Part shown: positions 39,101 to 51,100 of the stretch, piece after piece | How the letters are laid out: each line of letters opens with the position of its first letter | How positions within the stretch are numbered: position 1 is the first letter of the stretch | The notes under the pieces: generated by a model | Told to the model about the DNA's origin: nothing | The model's database searches: none | The model's input: the letters and a program-made list of their open reading frames with translations, nothing else | Assembly: GCA_051362555.1 (NCBI GenBank) | Contig: CM120641.1 | Span: 32,804,401 to 32,868,400, forward strand | Source of the DNA: Lingula anatina | Lineage: Eukaryota > Animalia > Brachiopoda | Direction of reading: 5' to 3' | Length of the DNA: 64,000 nucleotides | Program-made: the position numbers and the translations under genes

Positions 39101-40256
39101 GCCATGGAAGTTCAGAGTCACACTTTCAAAATGCCAAAATGTACCTGTATACAAGAGATAACTGTATTGAATTGATTTTCTTCCATTTTCAACACCTTTT
39201 TTTCATATAACAAAGTAATCAATTTACTGTCATTTTTAAATGAACAACTGAGAAAATTGTTGACATAGGAAAAATATCAATAGAACAATTTTAAATGTCC
39301 AGTTTGCTCCATTCTGAGATTCTGAACATGGTGAATGATTGAATCTGACAAACTGTAAAGATATGAGTTTATTATTATTTCCATTTTTTTGACACTTTAT
39401 TACACAATTACAGGTTTACCATCTTTTTTATATAATCAACTAACAATATTGTTAAGATGCAGAAAATGTCAAAAGAACACCTTTACATATCTAATTAGTT
39501 CACAGATGAGATTGTTAACATGCCTAAGAATTAAATCAAAGGAAAAAACACTTATATACAAAAAAGGCATAACTTCACCAGAACTGAACCAATGGAGCTT
39601 ATTTTCGAACTCCATCTGTATTTCAGTAAGACTGATCACCCCTGTAAATTTCAAGACAATTGGCCAATTGATTTTCCTTGAAATGCGTTATCGGTATTGC
39701 ATACATGCTAAAAAAAGTGAAAAAACAGCATAACTTCCATAAAATTGGTCCAATCACGCTGATTTTCAAACTTGACCTGTGTATTATGAATAGTCATCAG
39801 TTCTGTAAGTTTCAAGCCAAAAGGTAAAACGGTTTTTCACTTATCGTGTTATCAGTGTTGCATATATGCTTAAAAAAAATGAAAAAAGAGCATAACTTCC
39901 ATAAAAATGGCCCGATCATGCTGATTTTCGAACTTGACCTGCGTATTATGTATATTCATTAGTTCCATAAGTTTCAAGCCAAAAGGTAAAACGGTTTTTC
40001 ACTTATCGTGTTATCGTTGTTGCATATATCCTGAAAAAAGTGAAAAAAACAGCATAACTTCCATATAGATGGCCATATCATGCTGATTTTCGAACTTTAC
40101 CTGCATATTATGAAAGCTCATCAGTTCTGTAAGTTTCAAGCCAAAAGGTAAAACGGTTTTTCACTTATCATGTTATCGGTGGTCAAAGTGCACGGCGACG
40201 ACAACAGACGCAGGTGATGGCTATATGTATAGACACATCTGTGTCTGTACATAAAA
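36160..40256 (+). mobile_element. Composite Helentron-associated non-autonomous element (HINE/DINE-1-like) with ~162-bp internal tandem repeats
   Basis: CATAACTTCC at 39729, 39891, 40053; GACGAC microsatellite then terminal hairpin TATGTATAGACAC-ATCT-GTGTCTGTACATA (40224-40253) followed by an A-run; internal blocks shared with 14955-16200 and 41323-44925. Confidence 0.75.
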
Positions 40257-41875
40257 AGTGCTCATTATTCATCATTTTGCGATATTAATTCCATCTTTGT
40301 TTCCTTCCTTTCTTGTAAGAACAAAACCACATATTATGGATACCAATCACTCAAAGTATTTATTCAAATGACTTAAATGGAAGTTGACTTCCTTCAATAA
40401 ATATTGCACTATTACAACATATGTATGGCTAGTTTTTACAGCACAAGTTGAAATTTTACTAACATGTAAAGTGGTACAAAAATGCACAAGGCCTTGTGCC
40501 TGAATAATTGGGAAAAATACTTCTGTCTAGATGATGCATCTCTGAACATGCATTTCTTGTTAGTATTAAAGACTGTCTATATAATTATCTAATTAAAAAA
40601 AGCCAGCAATCATGGATTTCAGCCGTGCCATAAATGCCAGTAAGTTGCATTTAAAACTTAAATGGAATGTATTTTGCAGCACCAACAAGATTAATTCTTA
40701 TTCATTAGCGATCATTAAAACTTTGTGTTTATAATAGAACTTAATATGATCATTACAATGGAAAGACAAAAAAATGCAAAGTTCATCTTCCTAACAAAAT
40801 GCCACAACCGAACTGAGACTTCAAAAAAGAAAAATCAAAGAAAAGAACAATTCATCCCCAGAAAAAAATAGAAAATACTGTAGCACACGGGCTGTATTTT
40901 CTTAATTATACAACTTGCACAATATTCACAAGTTTCAGGACTTTTCAGAAAGTAGCCTCAATACAAGTAGCAGCGGGGTCTAAGATAATAATTCTTACTA
41001 AACTAAGGCAGTAAATGAAACAGTCCTTGAAGGAAAGCTATAATCAAAGTTGATAGTAGTAACAAGTAACGATAAATTTGGTCTGCCAAGAAATAGGTTA
41101 TTCCAAACTTTCTTACATATCTATTTACATATTAAAATATGTTTCACTTAGAAATGCCAATGTTTTGATGTGGCTACCAGCTTCTATAATCTTAAATGTT
41201 GTTTAGCAAACAATGGAATGAGTTACATTCTTAATAAGGCTAAGAATGAAAAAAATACCTTCACCTTGTGTTTTTTGAAAAACAAAATACAAACACATCT
41301 TAGTCTACGACTTCATAAAAGAGAAACAAAGCTGTCAAATGTACAGACAAAAAACAGAAAATAAAGATGCAAAAAAAAGGCCATTTTGTCAATTTTGATG
41401 CAATAATAAATAATGCTTATAATAGCACTGTCAGTCAACACTGAATTTTAATCATGCACAACAGGTAACATGATTAATAACAGGAGCGGACCTTGAGATG
41501 TTTTCTGACAGTATTCCAAAGTATCTATGTTGATTCATCCTCCATTTTGATGGTCTTCCAACAGAAAAAAATAGATACCAGTCAATATAAACTTAATAAC
41601 CTGTCTTCCAGAAGACCCAGAAGATGGTCTCAATCCACCCCTTCAATAAGATTACAGTTTCAGGACCATGAGAGACCAAAGTCACATGATGAAAGTCTCA
41701 ATATTTGAAAAATGATGACAGTGCATAAAATAATATTATATAATGTTTAAAGACATAAAAAACAATACAATTGCTTATGTGGAAATACAGAAAATGTGCA
41801 GAGCCTCGAGTGGATGAGAGTTAAAAGTCACAAATGCAAGTGTTTGAGAAAAAATTGTAAAGGAAAATATAACAA

Positions 41876-42103
41876 AACTAGAAAACCACCGAGAGTGCAG
41901 ACCTCTGCCAAGGCAGCAATTGTTGATTATTATTGATTGATTATTGAGCCAGACCACCACTAAAAACTAATCATTGTCCTCTTTGGCCCAATTCTGACAG
42001 TTCCTGAAAATTTCAACAAAATCGGTCCATAACTTTTTGAGTTATGTTGATGACAGACAAACAAGGGTGAAAATATAACCTCCTTGGCAGAGCCTGAGGT
42101 AAA
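41876..42103 (+). mobile_element. Small DINE-1/HINE-like element (ACCTCCGCCAAGG family), nested
   Basis: AACTAGAAAA..GCAGACCTCTGCCAAGG ... GACAGACAAAC..GGTGAAAATATAACCTCCTTGGCAGAG; related copies at 55681 and 62747. Confidence 0.8.
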
Positions 42104-42144
42104 TATAATTTCAATGAAGCTGCAATTCAAACTCTTAATCTTTG

Positions 42145-42145
<1 letters not shown>

Positions 42146-42205
<60 letters not shown>
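42146..42205. repeat. (TA)n microsatellite
   Basis: ~30 TA units. Confidence 0.95.
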
Positions 42206-42207
<2 letters not shown>

Positions 42208-45182
42208 CAGAGCTTAACTTTTGAGAGTTTACAAGGAAATATCAACAAGTGTGCTTTATGTAATCTCCTTTAATGGCCTATCAATTAGGCAAATGACTTT
42301 ATAGCTCAGAAATTAGCTAAGTGATACCCAAGGGATATTAACAGACTGACCCTCTCAAAGGTCTTTCAGGCCCATAAGTCACATCTTAAGAAAAGCACAA
42401 AACAGTAATGCACAAAATAGGAGACTACCAATTCTGATGCAATAATACATTATGTTTTACTGCACAGTCAACATCAAATTTTAATTATGCACAACAGGTA
42501 ACAACGACGAAAGTAAAAGCATAAGGCTTCAGGCCCATCAGAGTTCAAGTTTATACTTAGAAAGTGCCAGAATGAGAAAAATGAAAATTTCACACAAAAT
42601 TGCATATATTCAATAATAAATGATAACCCAATTGACCTGGCTTTCTAATTTGAACTGCATGCCAATCCTAAAAATCATACTTGTAAGTTAAAAATAATAA
42701 TAAGTAACACAGTTTTCTTTTCATAATGTTTGCAGTAGCAATGCAAAAATATTGTTGTCAATTTTGATGTAACATTACATAATAAATTATAGAATAATTA
42801 TCACCAATTTTTGATTATTGACAATAAATAGCATGGACATGTAGAAAATTTAATTACCATTCGGCTTCATGTCCATGGGAGCTCCCATTCCCACAATGAA
42901 TATGCCAAAAAGATAATGAATATTTCACTCAAATGTATAACTTCCAGAAAAAGAAGCAAATTAGACTGCTTTTCCAACTCATTCTGCATTTTAGTCCTGT
43001 GTTTCTTTTTTAAAGGTTTGACAGTCATAACACGGTTTTCCCATAATGGTCATCATGGCAGCAGCACCAAAAATTGTGTTTTCTTCTATTTTGATGCAAC
43101 ATTACATAATGCTTAACAGTATAATGACCATCAATTTTTAATAATAGAATATTAGTAACATGGACATTCAGAAAACATGACAAGCAAAGGTCTTCAGGAT
43201 CTTGGAACTTCAAAGTCACACCTTGAAAATGCCAATAAGTGAAAAATTAAATTTTCACAAAAAACTGTTTAACTGCCAGAAAAAATTAACAAACAGACTG
43301 CATTGCCTACTGAAGCTGTATTTTAGCCCCATGTTCTTTCCTGTAAGTTTGAGAACAGTAATTGACATGATTTTTGTTAAATGGTCATCATGAGAGCAGT
43401 GCCCAAAATAGGGGTTTCTTCAAATTTTGATGCAATATTACATAATGTTTAACAGCATAATGACCATCAGTTTTTAATAATAAAATATTAGTATTATGGA
43501 TATTCAGAAAATGTGACTAGCAAAGGTCTTCAGGCCCATGGAACTTCAAAGTCACAACTTGAAAATGCCAAAATGTAAACAAGACAGCACTGTTCTGAAA
43601 TGTTTTTTTTTTTCCATTTTTAACATAAAACAAAATTAACAGTTTACTGCCATTTTTCTATGATCAACTAAGAAAATTGATGAGATGTGAAAAATATCAA
43701 TAGAACAGTGTCAAATGTCCAATTTCCTCCATTCTGAGTTTCTGAACATAGTGAATGATTGAATCTTACAAACTGCAATGATATGAGTTTATTTCCATTT
43801 TTGAAACTTTATTACACAATACACGATAACAAGTTTACCATCATTTTTACAAAATCAACTAACAATGTTGTTAAGATGCAGGAAATGTCAAACAAACACT
43901 TTTATTTATCTTATTAATTAAATAATGAAACTGTTAACATGCCTAAAAATTGAATCTGAGGAAATGTGAAACAAGACAGCACTATTCTGAAATGGGTTTA
44001 TTTCCATTTTTAACACTTTTTTAACATAAAACAAAATTAACAGTTTACTGCCATTTTTATATGATCAACTAAGAAAATTGATGAGATGTGAAAAATATCA
44101 ATAGAACAGTGTCAAATGTCCAATTTCCTCCATTCTGAGTTTCTGAACATAGTGAATGATTGAATCTTACAAACTGCAATGATATGAGTTTATTTCCATT
44201 TTTGATACCTTATTTCACAATACACAATTACAAGTTTACCATCATCTTTTTGTAATCAACTAACAATGTTGTAAAGATGCAGGAAATGTCAAACAAACAC
44301 TTTTACGTATCTTATTAATTATATAATGAGACTGTTAACATGCCTAAGAATTGAATCTGAGGAAATGCGAAAAAACAGCACAACTTATAAAATAATGGTC
44401 CGATTATGCTGATTTTCGAACTTGACCTGCGTTTTAGTAAGATTGATTACTCTTGTGAGTTTCATGACAACAGGCCTATGGGTTTTCCTTGAAATGTGTT
44501 AACAGTGTTGCATATATGCTGAAAAGTGAAGAAAACAGCATAACTACTAAAATAGAGGCCCGATCATGCCGATTTTCGAACTTGATCTGCGTTTTAGTAA
44601 GATTGATTACTCCTGTGAGTTTCATGACAACAGGCCTATCAGTTTTCCTTGAAATGTGTTAACAGCGTTGCATATATGCTGAAAAGTGAAAAAACAGCAT
44701 AAATTCTACAATAATGGCCCGATCATGCTGATTTTTGAACTTGACCTGCGTTTTATGAATATTCATCAGCTCTGTAAATATAAAGCCAAAAAGTAAAACT
44801 GTCTTCCACTTATGGTGTTAACGCTGAAAGTGCACGGCGACGGCGACATGATCGGCGACGGCGACGGCGACGACAGACGCAGGTGATGGCAATATGTACA
44901 GACACATCTGTGTCTGTACATAAAAATAGAAAATAAAGACATTACAAGAAGTTCATAACAACCCGTAGCTTAAATATTCAATAACATAATTTAGTTTTCT
45001 TTCTAAAGAAAACTTTAGTTTAAAAGATTCAGTAATTGATATTCAGTCAAAACTGATCAAATGCCACTTCTGAAATAAATGCATTAAATGAAATAAAGCT
45101 CTGGGTATACTATGAAAAAACAAAGAAAAACAGAAAACCAACTTTTATCCTATACATGTACATCTTTTGAAGAAGACCCTAT

Positions 45183-48100
45183 CTAATCAGTACTGATGAG
45201 ATCTCCACTGAAAGCCCCCGTTTGATTTCTAGCTGTATCTGTGCCTTCTTCTTCCTCCTCTTCATCCTCCTCATTGTCATTAAACTGGTTACTAGTGTCA
45301 TATGTGAAAGTACTTCTGGCCAAGTCCACTTCTATTGGGAACACATCCGCTTCTTTTAATACAACTTGACAGTCATTGTGATACTTGGACATGGCTGTGA
45401 CTAAACGTTGGAGCTGAAAGACTATGTCTTGAACTGCAATAAAAGAAGTATTTTCTGGTAAGTCACAAGAAGTTCCAAAAAAACCTACAATCACAACCTA
45501 TTAGACAATTTACAACCTTCAATGCTAGTAACTTATGTTCAAATACCAAAAAATATATAAGTAACATTTTACAGTTTTTTTTTGTGATGCTGCCATTAGA
45601 TAACATATTTAGATCTCATAAAAAAAATTCTCCTTAATAAAGTCCACACCCTCACCGTGTTTCTGATCCAGCAGCTCTATCTTGACCAGCACATCTGACC
45701 TCATTTTGGCAAACCTGGCCCTGGCCTCCTGTCTGCACCGCAGGATTAACCTGATATTATAAACAATACTTTCATACACGACTCCGTCAGTGTAATATGA
45801 AATATTTACACAAGAAAAGTACATTATCTCATAACACTGAGAAACAAAAGGCAGGTTTGTATTAATAGAGCTTCTGAATGGGGTCACTTTATCACGAAGG
45901 AATACACTGACAGACTTGATCTTTTCAGCTTTATGGCTACCTGTATTCATAATTCCCTGTCTCCACTCTGTACAGAGGTTCACCCAGGGCATTATAAGCA
46001 TATTCCTCATCATCCATCTCTTTGACTTTCAAGCAGTATGACTGAAATACAGCACAAATCATAAATAAATGCCTGCCATTCTTATTTTCTGTGCCAGAAA
46101 AGTTCTTTAATATCTAAATCAAAATGCCAACTACAAGAATAAATGTAGAAATTACACAAGTCAGATTATAAGTTAATTGAACACTTCACTTCTTAACATT
46201 ATTCTTTCTGCATATATCGCTAACCATCAAATTATTTAAGTGCTTTATATCCATGTGATAAAATGTATTAGAAGTCTTACCAAATACTCAAACTTTGCAT
46301 CTAGGTATTTCTTTAAAGTCAACCTGGTGTCTGGTACTGCTTTGTTCAAATACGTATTCAGATCTGCTACCATCTACAAAAGAAACAAAAATTTCCCATT
46401 CTGGTAACTGTATTCAGAATTCATGAAAAGCAGCTTGTCTGCATAAATCATCAATAATAAAACAAAGACTGTTGTTTGTTGTTTTTTTTTCAAACAAAGT
46501 TGTGAAATATTCAAGTTAAATAAAAAAAAACATTTACTATGAAAAACATACCGGCTTCACTGTTCTTAGCATTTTAATGGCATATTTTTCTATATCCCTG
46601 TGGGCTTCTCCAAACTTAGAAAATGCTTCACTAGCATTAGGCTGGGGTTCTCTGACGCCGATGCCTGCAAATGTTTCTCCAAAAGCTGGAAATAAATCAC
46701 AATACAGCAATCAAATTGTTTTCAAAAACATTCTTCTGATGTTTGAGTAACTATTACATGCAGTCTCCAAAAGAGAGTAAAACATTCCACAAAAAGCATA
46801 AAACTGCATGCTTAAACTGTTAAATAATTTGTAACAATGGAGAAAGTTCAAGGCATATATCTTCAATATCCATAATTCAAAGTCTTTATCCATAAAATCC
46901 TTTGTTACCTTTACTTTCTTAACAATATCATTAATTTTTTTATATTATTTGCCTCTAAGTATATACCATCGTGAGTTGGTGTCAGCTATCTAAAAGGCGA
47001 TTAAAAAATGTCTCTTTTTTTCCTGACAATTCATATCTCAATATTTCTTACCTTTGTGAGTTTGAGCCAGGTTAAAAAAGGCTCGGAGTAACTTCTTTGT
47101 GTGTTCCATCATTCCTTTGTACATCCCTGCTGTTCTCTCTAACTCTTCAAGCTTCTTCACCAGACCATCTGAAAACAAGAAATACATATGAAGGCTATAA
47201 AAACTTGACAAAAAAACTCCCAATGCAACAGAAACACAGTGCGAAACCATTCAGATTTTCACTAAATCAAGACTCTGTAATTACGTACTGTACATGTACA
47301 CAAAATGGTATGGTGTCATTTCTAAACCTCAAACACTTTTTGTTTCAGTAGCACAATTTTCCCTTTTTACTAATTGGACTGTTCTGTTGAAAGTGGCTCT
47401 CCCACTAAGGCTGTATTCCCAGAGCTTTTGGATTGATCTATCCCTGCGGGGAGTCTCACTAGATTACTGTCAGATAATCCAGCTTAAATGTCCGTCCCGC
47501 CTAATACAAGCTGTAAGGGGGTAATTAACTTTCATGTCCGCTCGGCTGACAGCTATTTAGCGTGAACCCCCAGGGAGTTAGGTCGATCTAAAGTAGATCG
47601 ATCTAATCTCTGGAAATGCTGTCTAAGAGGCCCTTTTCACATCAAGCTGTATACCTCACTTGACCGATCCCCTATGAATGCTTGAAAACCTAATAGCCCA
47701 GCTTTTATTTTGTAGAAGAATCACCTAAACAGAACCCTGCGCTTGACACGGCTATACATAATTAACTTAACAAAACAGAAAAAGCAAACTTGTGGAGAAA
47801 TTATCTAAGGGGGAAAATCCCTTGTAGCAGAGGTACATGTTAGGGCCTATTAAAGTGAGGGAGTCTAGATATTATAAGTATACTGATGGATGTGAAATAA
47901 ATTGTGGAATAAGTCAGATGTTGGAAAATTTTAACTAATCACCATACCATTGCAGAGGATGGCTCTGCTTAGTCCCAGTGCATCAGCTGTGCTGGAGCTC
48001 ATGCTTTCCACAACCTTGTGCTTCACCTTCTTCAACACTACACATGGATAAGAAAGATTATTAATCTCTGCCATTCATTATTCTTCATGCCATATTTTAC

Positions 48101-51100
48101 AACAAGAAAATAAATTAAAGATAAAAAAAAAAACTAAAGACCTTATTTGCAAGCTCCAATCAGTTTTTTTTCCAAAATAGTATTGAAATGCTTAATTATC
48201 CATCAATCAATCAAATTAGACACTAAGCTTCAATTAAAACAGCTAAGTTGATTTTGACCCAAATAATTACCCTGATATATAATATGTGTACAGAAACAAG
48301 ACCTGTTTTTTATTTCATATGCATCAAGTCACAGATGCAACCAACAATAATAACTTTGACTTTGACCCAAATAATAACCCTTATATATCAAATGTGTACA
48401 GAAACAAGACTTTTTCTTTATTTCACATAATTTTCTATTAAGTCACAAATGTAGGCACACAATAATTACCTATATCTAAGGTCTTCCCCTGTTTAGGATC
48501 AGCATGTAATTTATTGTAACTGATTGTGACCTCCTCCTGATGGAAATAAATACTATCATGTTAATGATATGCGAGAATTACATTTTTCTGATTGAATATT
48601 ATATAAGTAAATATAATAAACCACCACTTTTCCAGGAGGCCCGAGATCTTTCAAAATTACCAAAACAAACTCATAATATAAAATTGCAAGTTTTTCATGC
48701 CCAGCTACCAAATGTACTCAACAATATGCAGTCCATACATACACACATATGCATGCACACATAAGCTCACGCACATGCAGACACTCATCAACAGACAAAC
48801 CAGTCACCTCCATCCTATACATAAAGTGGTTCAAATCAGAATAGTACCACATGTACCTGAATGCTCTGTATCATTCTTGCCACCTCCACTTTGGTCCTTC
48901 CCTTCACAGACTGTCCATTGACCCCCACAATCTCATCCCCAGAAGCCAGGGTGCCGTCCTTGGCCGCTGGGGTGTTGTCAAATATCTGGACCACATACAG
49001 GCAGGGGCAGACAGGAGCCCCACCTCCTATGCTGATACCTATCAGGTTCTGGGCGTCCTTCTTCAGGGTGGCTGTCCCCGAGGTCACGGTCATCCCCCTG
49101 AAAGGAACATCCATATGTGGCAGTTGTGAATTAAAGTTTTCAGCAACAGGAACATCATCATTTTCCTCTCCCGGCCACTTAAGATCCTCATCCATCTTTC
49201 CCTAAAACTAGTGCACCCCTAGTGAAAGCTTACTGTATTCAGACAGTCATGAAATGATGTTATGTATAGGCATCAAGACGGGAACTTAACACCAAGGTCG
49301 TCTCACAAAGTTCAACAATGTAGGTAGGGGGGTCTTATCTTTACAGTATCAAGAACAATCAAAATGTCACGCTCTGAAAATTTTGTTGTTCATAGTCTAA
49401 TGACATGCACCTGTAAGAGGTGTGTTGAGGTGATAGTGGAGTGATATGCCAACATAATTAGTAAGTTGAATTGGATCATTTTGCAAGAAAGAGAGTAAGG
49501 TAGATGGAGAAAGATAGAACATAAGGAAACTTAATAACATAGTTCAAGTTTTAAGGAAATTATATCAAATTGACAAAATGAGTACTAAACCCCAAATTTA
49601 ACTCAAATCAAATGTTTGGAATTTTGAACAGTTTTAAATTTGCACAAGAAAACATTTCTTTATCAATAAGTTTTCTTGTGCAAAGCTAGAAATGGAAGTT
49701 AAGATTTTCAAAGTGAAAGGAAAGCAACAAAATAATCCAAATAATTTGATTGAACATTTTGAAATAAAAATAATTTAAAAAAAATTAATGTTAAAAATCA
49801 TATTTAAGAGCCACATTTGTGATTCACACAAGGCTCAAATTTTAGTCCATGCTGAAATAAGTTTTGAATGACTGGATTACATCTGATTCAATCATATTAA
49901 GAAAATCCAAATTGATCAGGTCACTGCATCAAGTAAGGCAATAAATCCACTTCTTAGAAACCCTAACTCCCTTTGATCAGATGGCACAAATCTGTTAAAC
50001 AACGCCCAACACCAATTAAGTTGGCATATAAAAGTTAGTTCTCATGCTGAAAGAGCATAAAAGCAAGAGTCCCAAGCCAAGAAATTTGGATGATCCGTAT
50101 ATATTATAGAAGCCCACATCCAGTATTATCATATAGCCTACCAGGTGTCCTCCCAAGGAAGAGCCCTGTGCTTGTTTTTGTCAGACCAGTAGTCGTCATC
50201 ATCATCCATTGTGGACACTAAATGGTACTGGCAATCCTTTGCCATATGACAGTCAATAACCCAGATCTAGTTTAACCTATTTTCCTCTGGATAAAATATG
50301 AATGGAAATCAAACATTGACTTTTCGGTAGAACAAGGCTAATACAAATGTAGACCTATTTCTGCAGTATGAAATGTGAAGCAAACTTGACATCAGGTTTT
50401 CTATGTCACTTTGCTTATTCAGCGCCTGCTGTGCTTACCACTGCATTCAGTTCAATGTAACGGCTGTTTCCACAAACTAAATTATAAATGCTAACCAGCA
50501 TTATACAGTGCACACATCTTAATATAAATATATATATATTGCTCCTGTCGCATTGTTTAAAATCTACTATACATGCATGTCCGCAGTACTGGGTAACAGC
50601 AATGGGTTATCATCTTTGAAAGTCTGTCAAAATATTCCTGTGTTGGATTACAATGGGGTTGTTTCATGTGAAAGGGGATGGATTCTTCTCATTATAACAA
50701 ACAATTTTGTGTTTCCAAACATTGGTGTGTACGTATTTTAACAAACAGCGTTTAAATCTGGGACACAGACACACCAGTCTGTTTTGCAGCTGTACATTAT
50801 GGAAACAAAAGCTCTCAGAATAGTATTGTCAAGTTTTTTTGCTCACCTCAGGGATCACTTACAGCACACAAACTAGATAAAAAATGTTGCAAATTTTGAT
50901 GGGTGAAGAAATGGGTTATTGTGCTTTACCATCATTTCTGTTTTCAACTTCAGTACAAAGTACAATCTCCCATACAGGTGAACTATACAAATCATCTTAT
51001 TTCAGAATTTAAATACCTGAAATACACTCTGCATTTCATAAAACAACATGGTGTAAGGAAATCCTGTCATCTGAGCATGTAATCACAGATGTTATGACCC

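Larger units (their letters stand above)
41323..44925 (+). mobile_element. Near full-length copy of the same Helentron-associated element, with a nested small element and (TA)n
   Basis: 5' ATGTACAGACA (41339) matches the arms of the 3' hairpin TATGTACAGACAC-ATCT-GTGTCTGTACATA (44893-44922); (GACGGC)n at 44835-44875; ~160-bp repeats 44370-44820; 392-bp internal duplication (43577 vs 43969). Confidence 0.8.

Noticed and set aside
38544-43393. ORFs inside the AT-rich repeats as transposase or helicase remnants
   Set aside because: No Rep, helicase, RT or DDE motifs, and they are not conserved between repeat copies.
49639-49684. 15-bp inverted repeat in a PICK1 intron as a pre-miRNA
   Set aside because: Stem too short and AT-rich with no flanking pairing.
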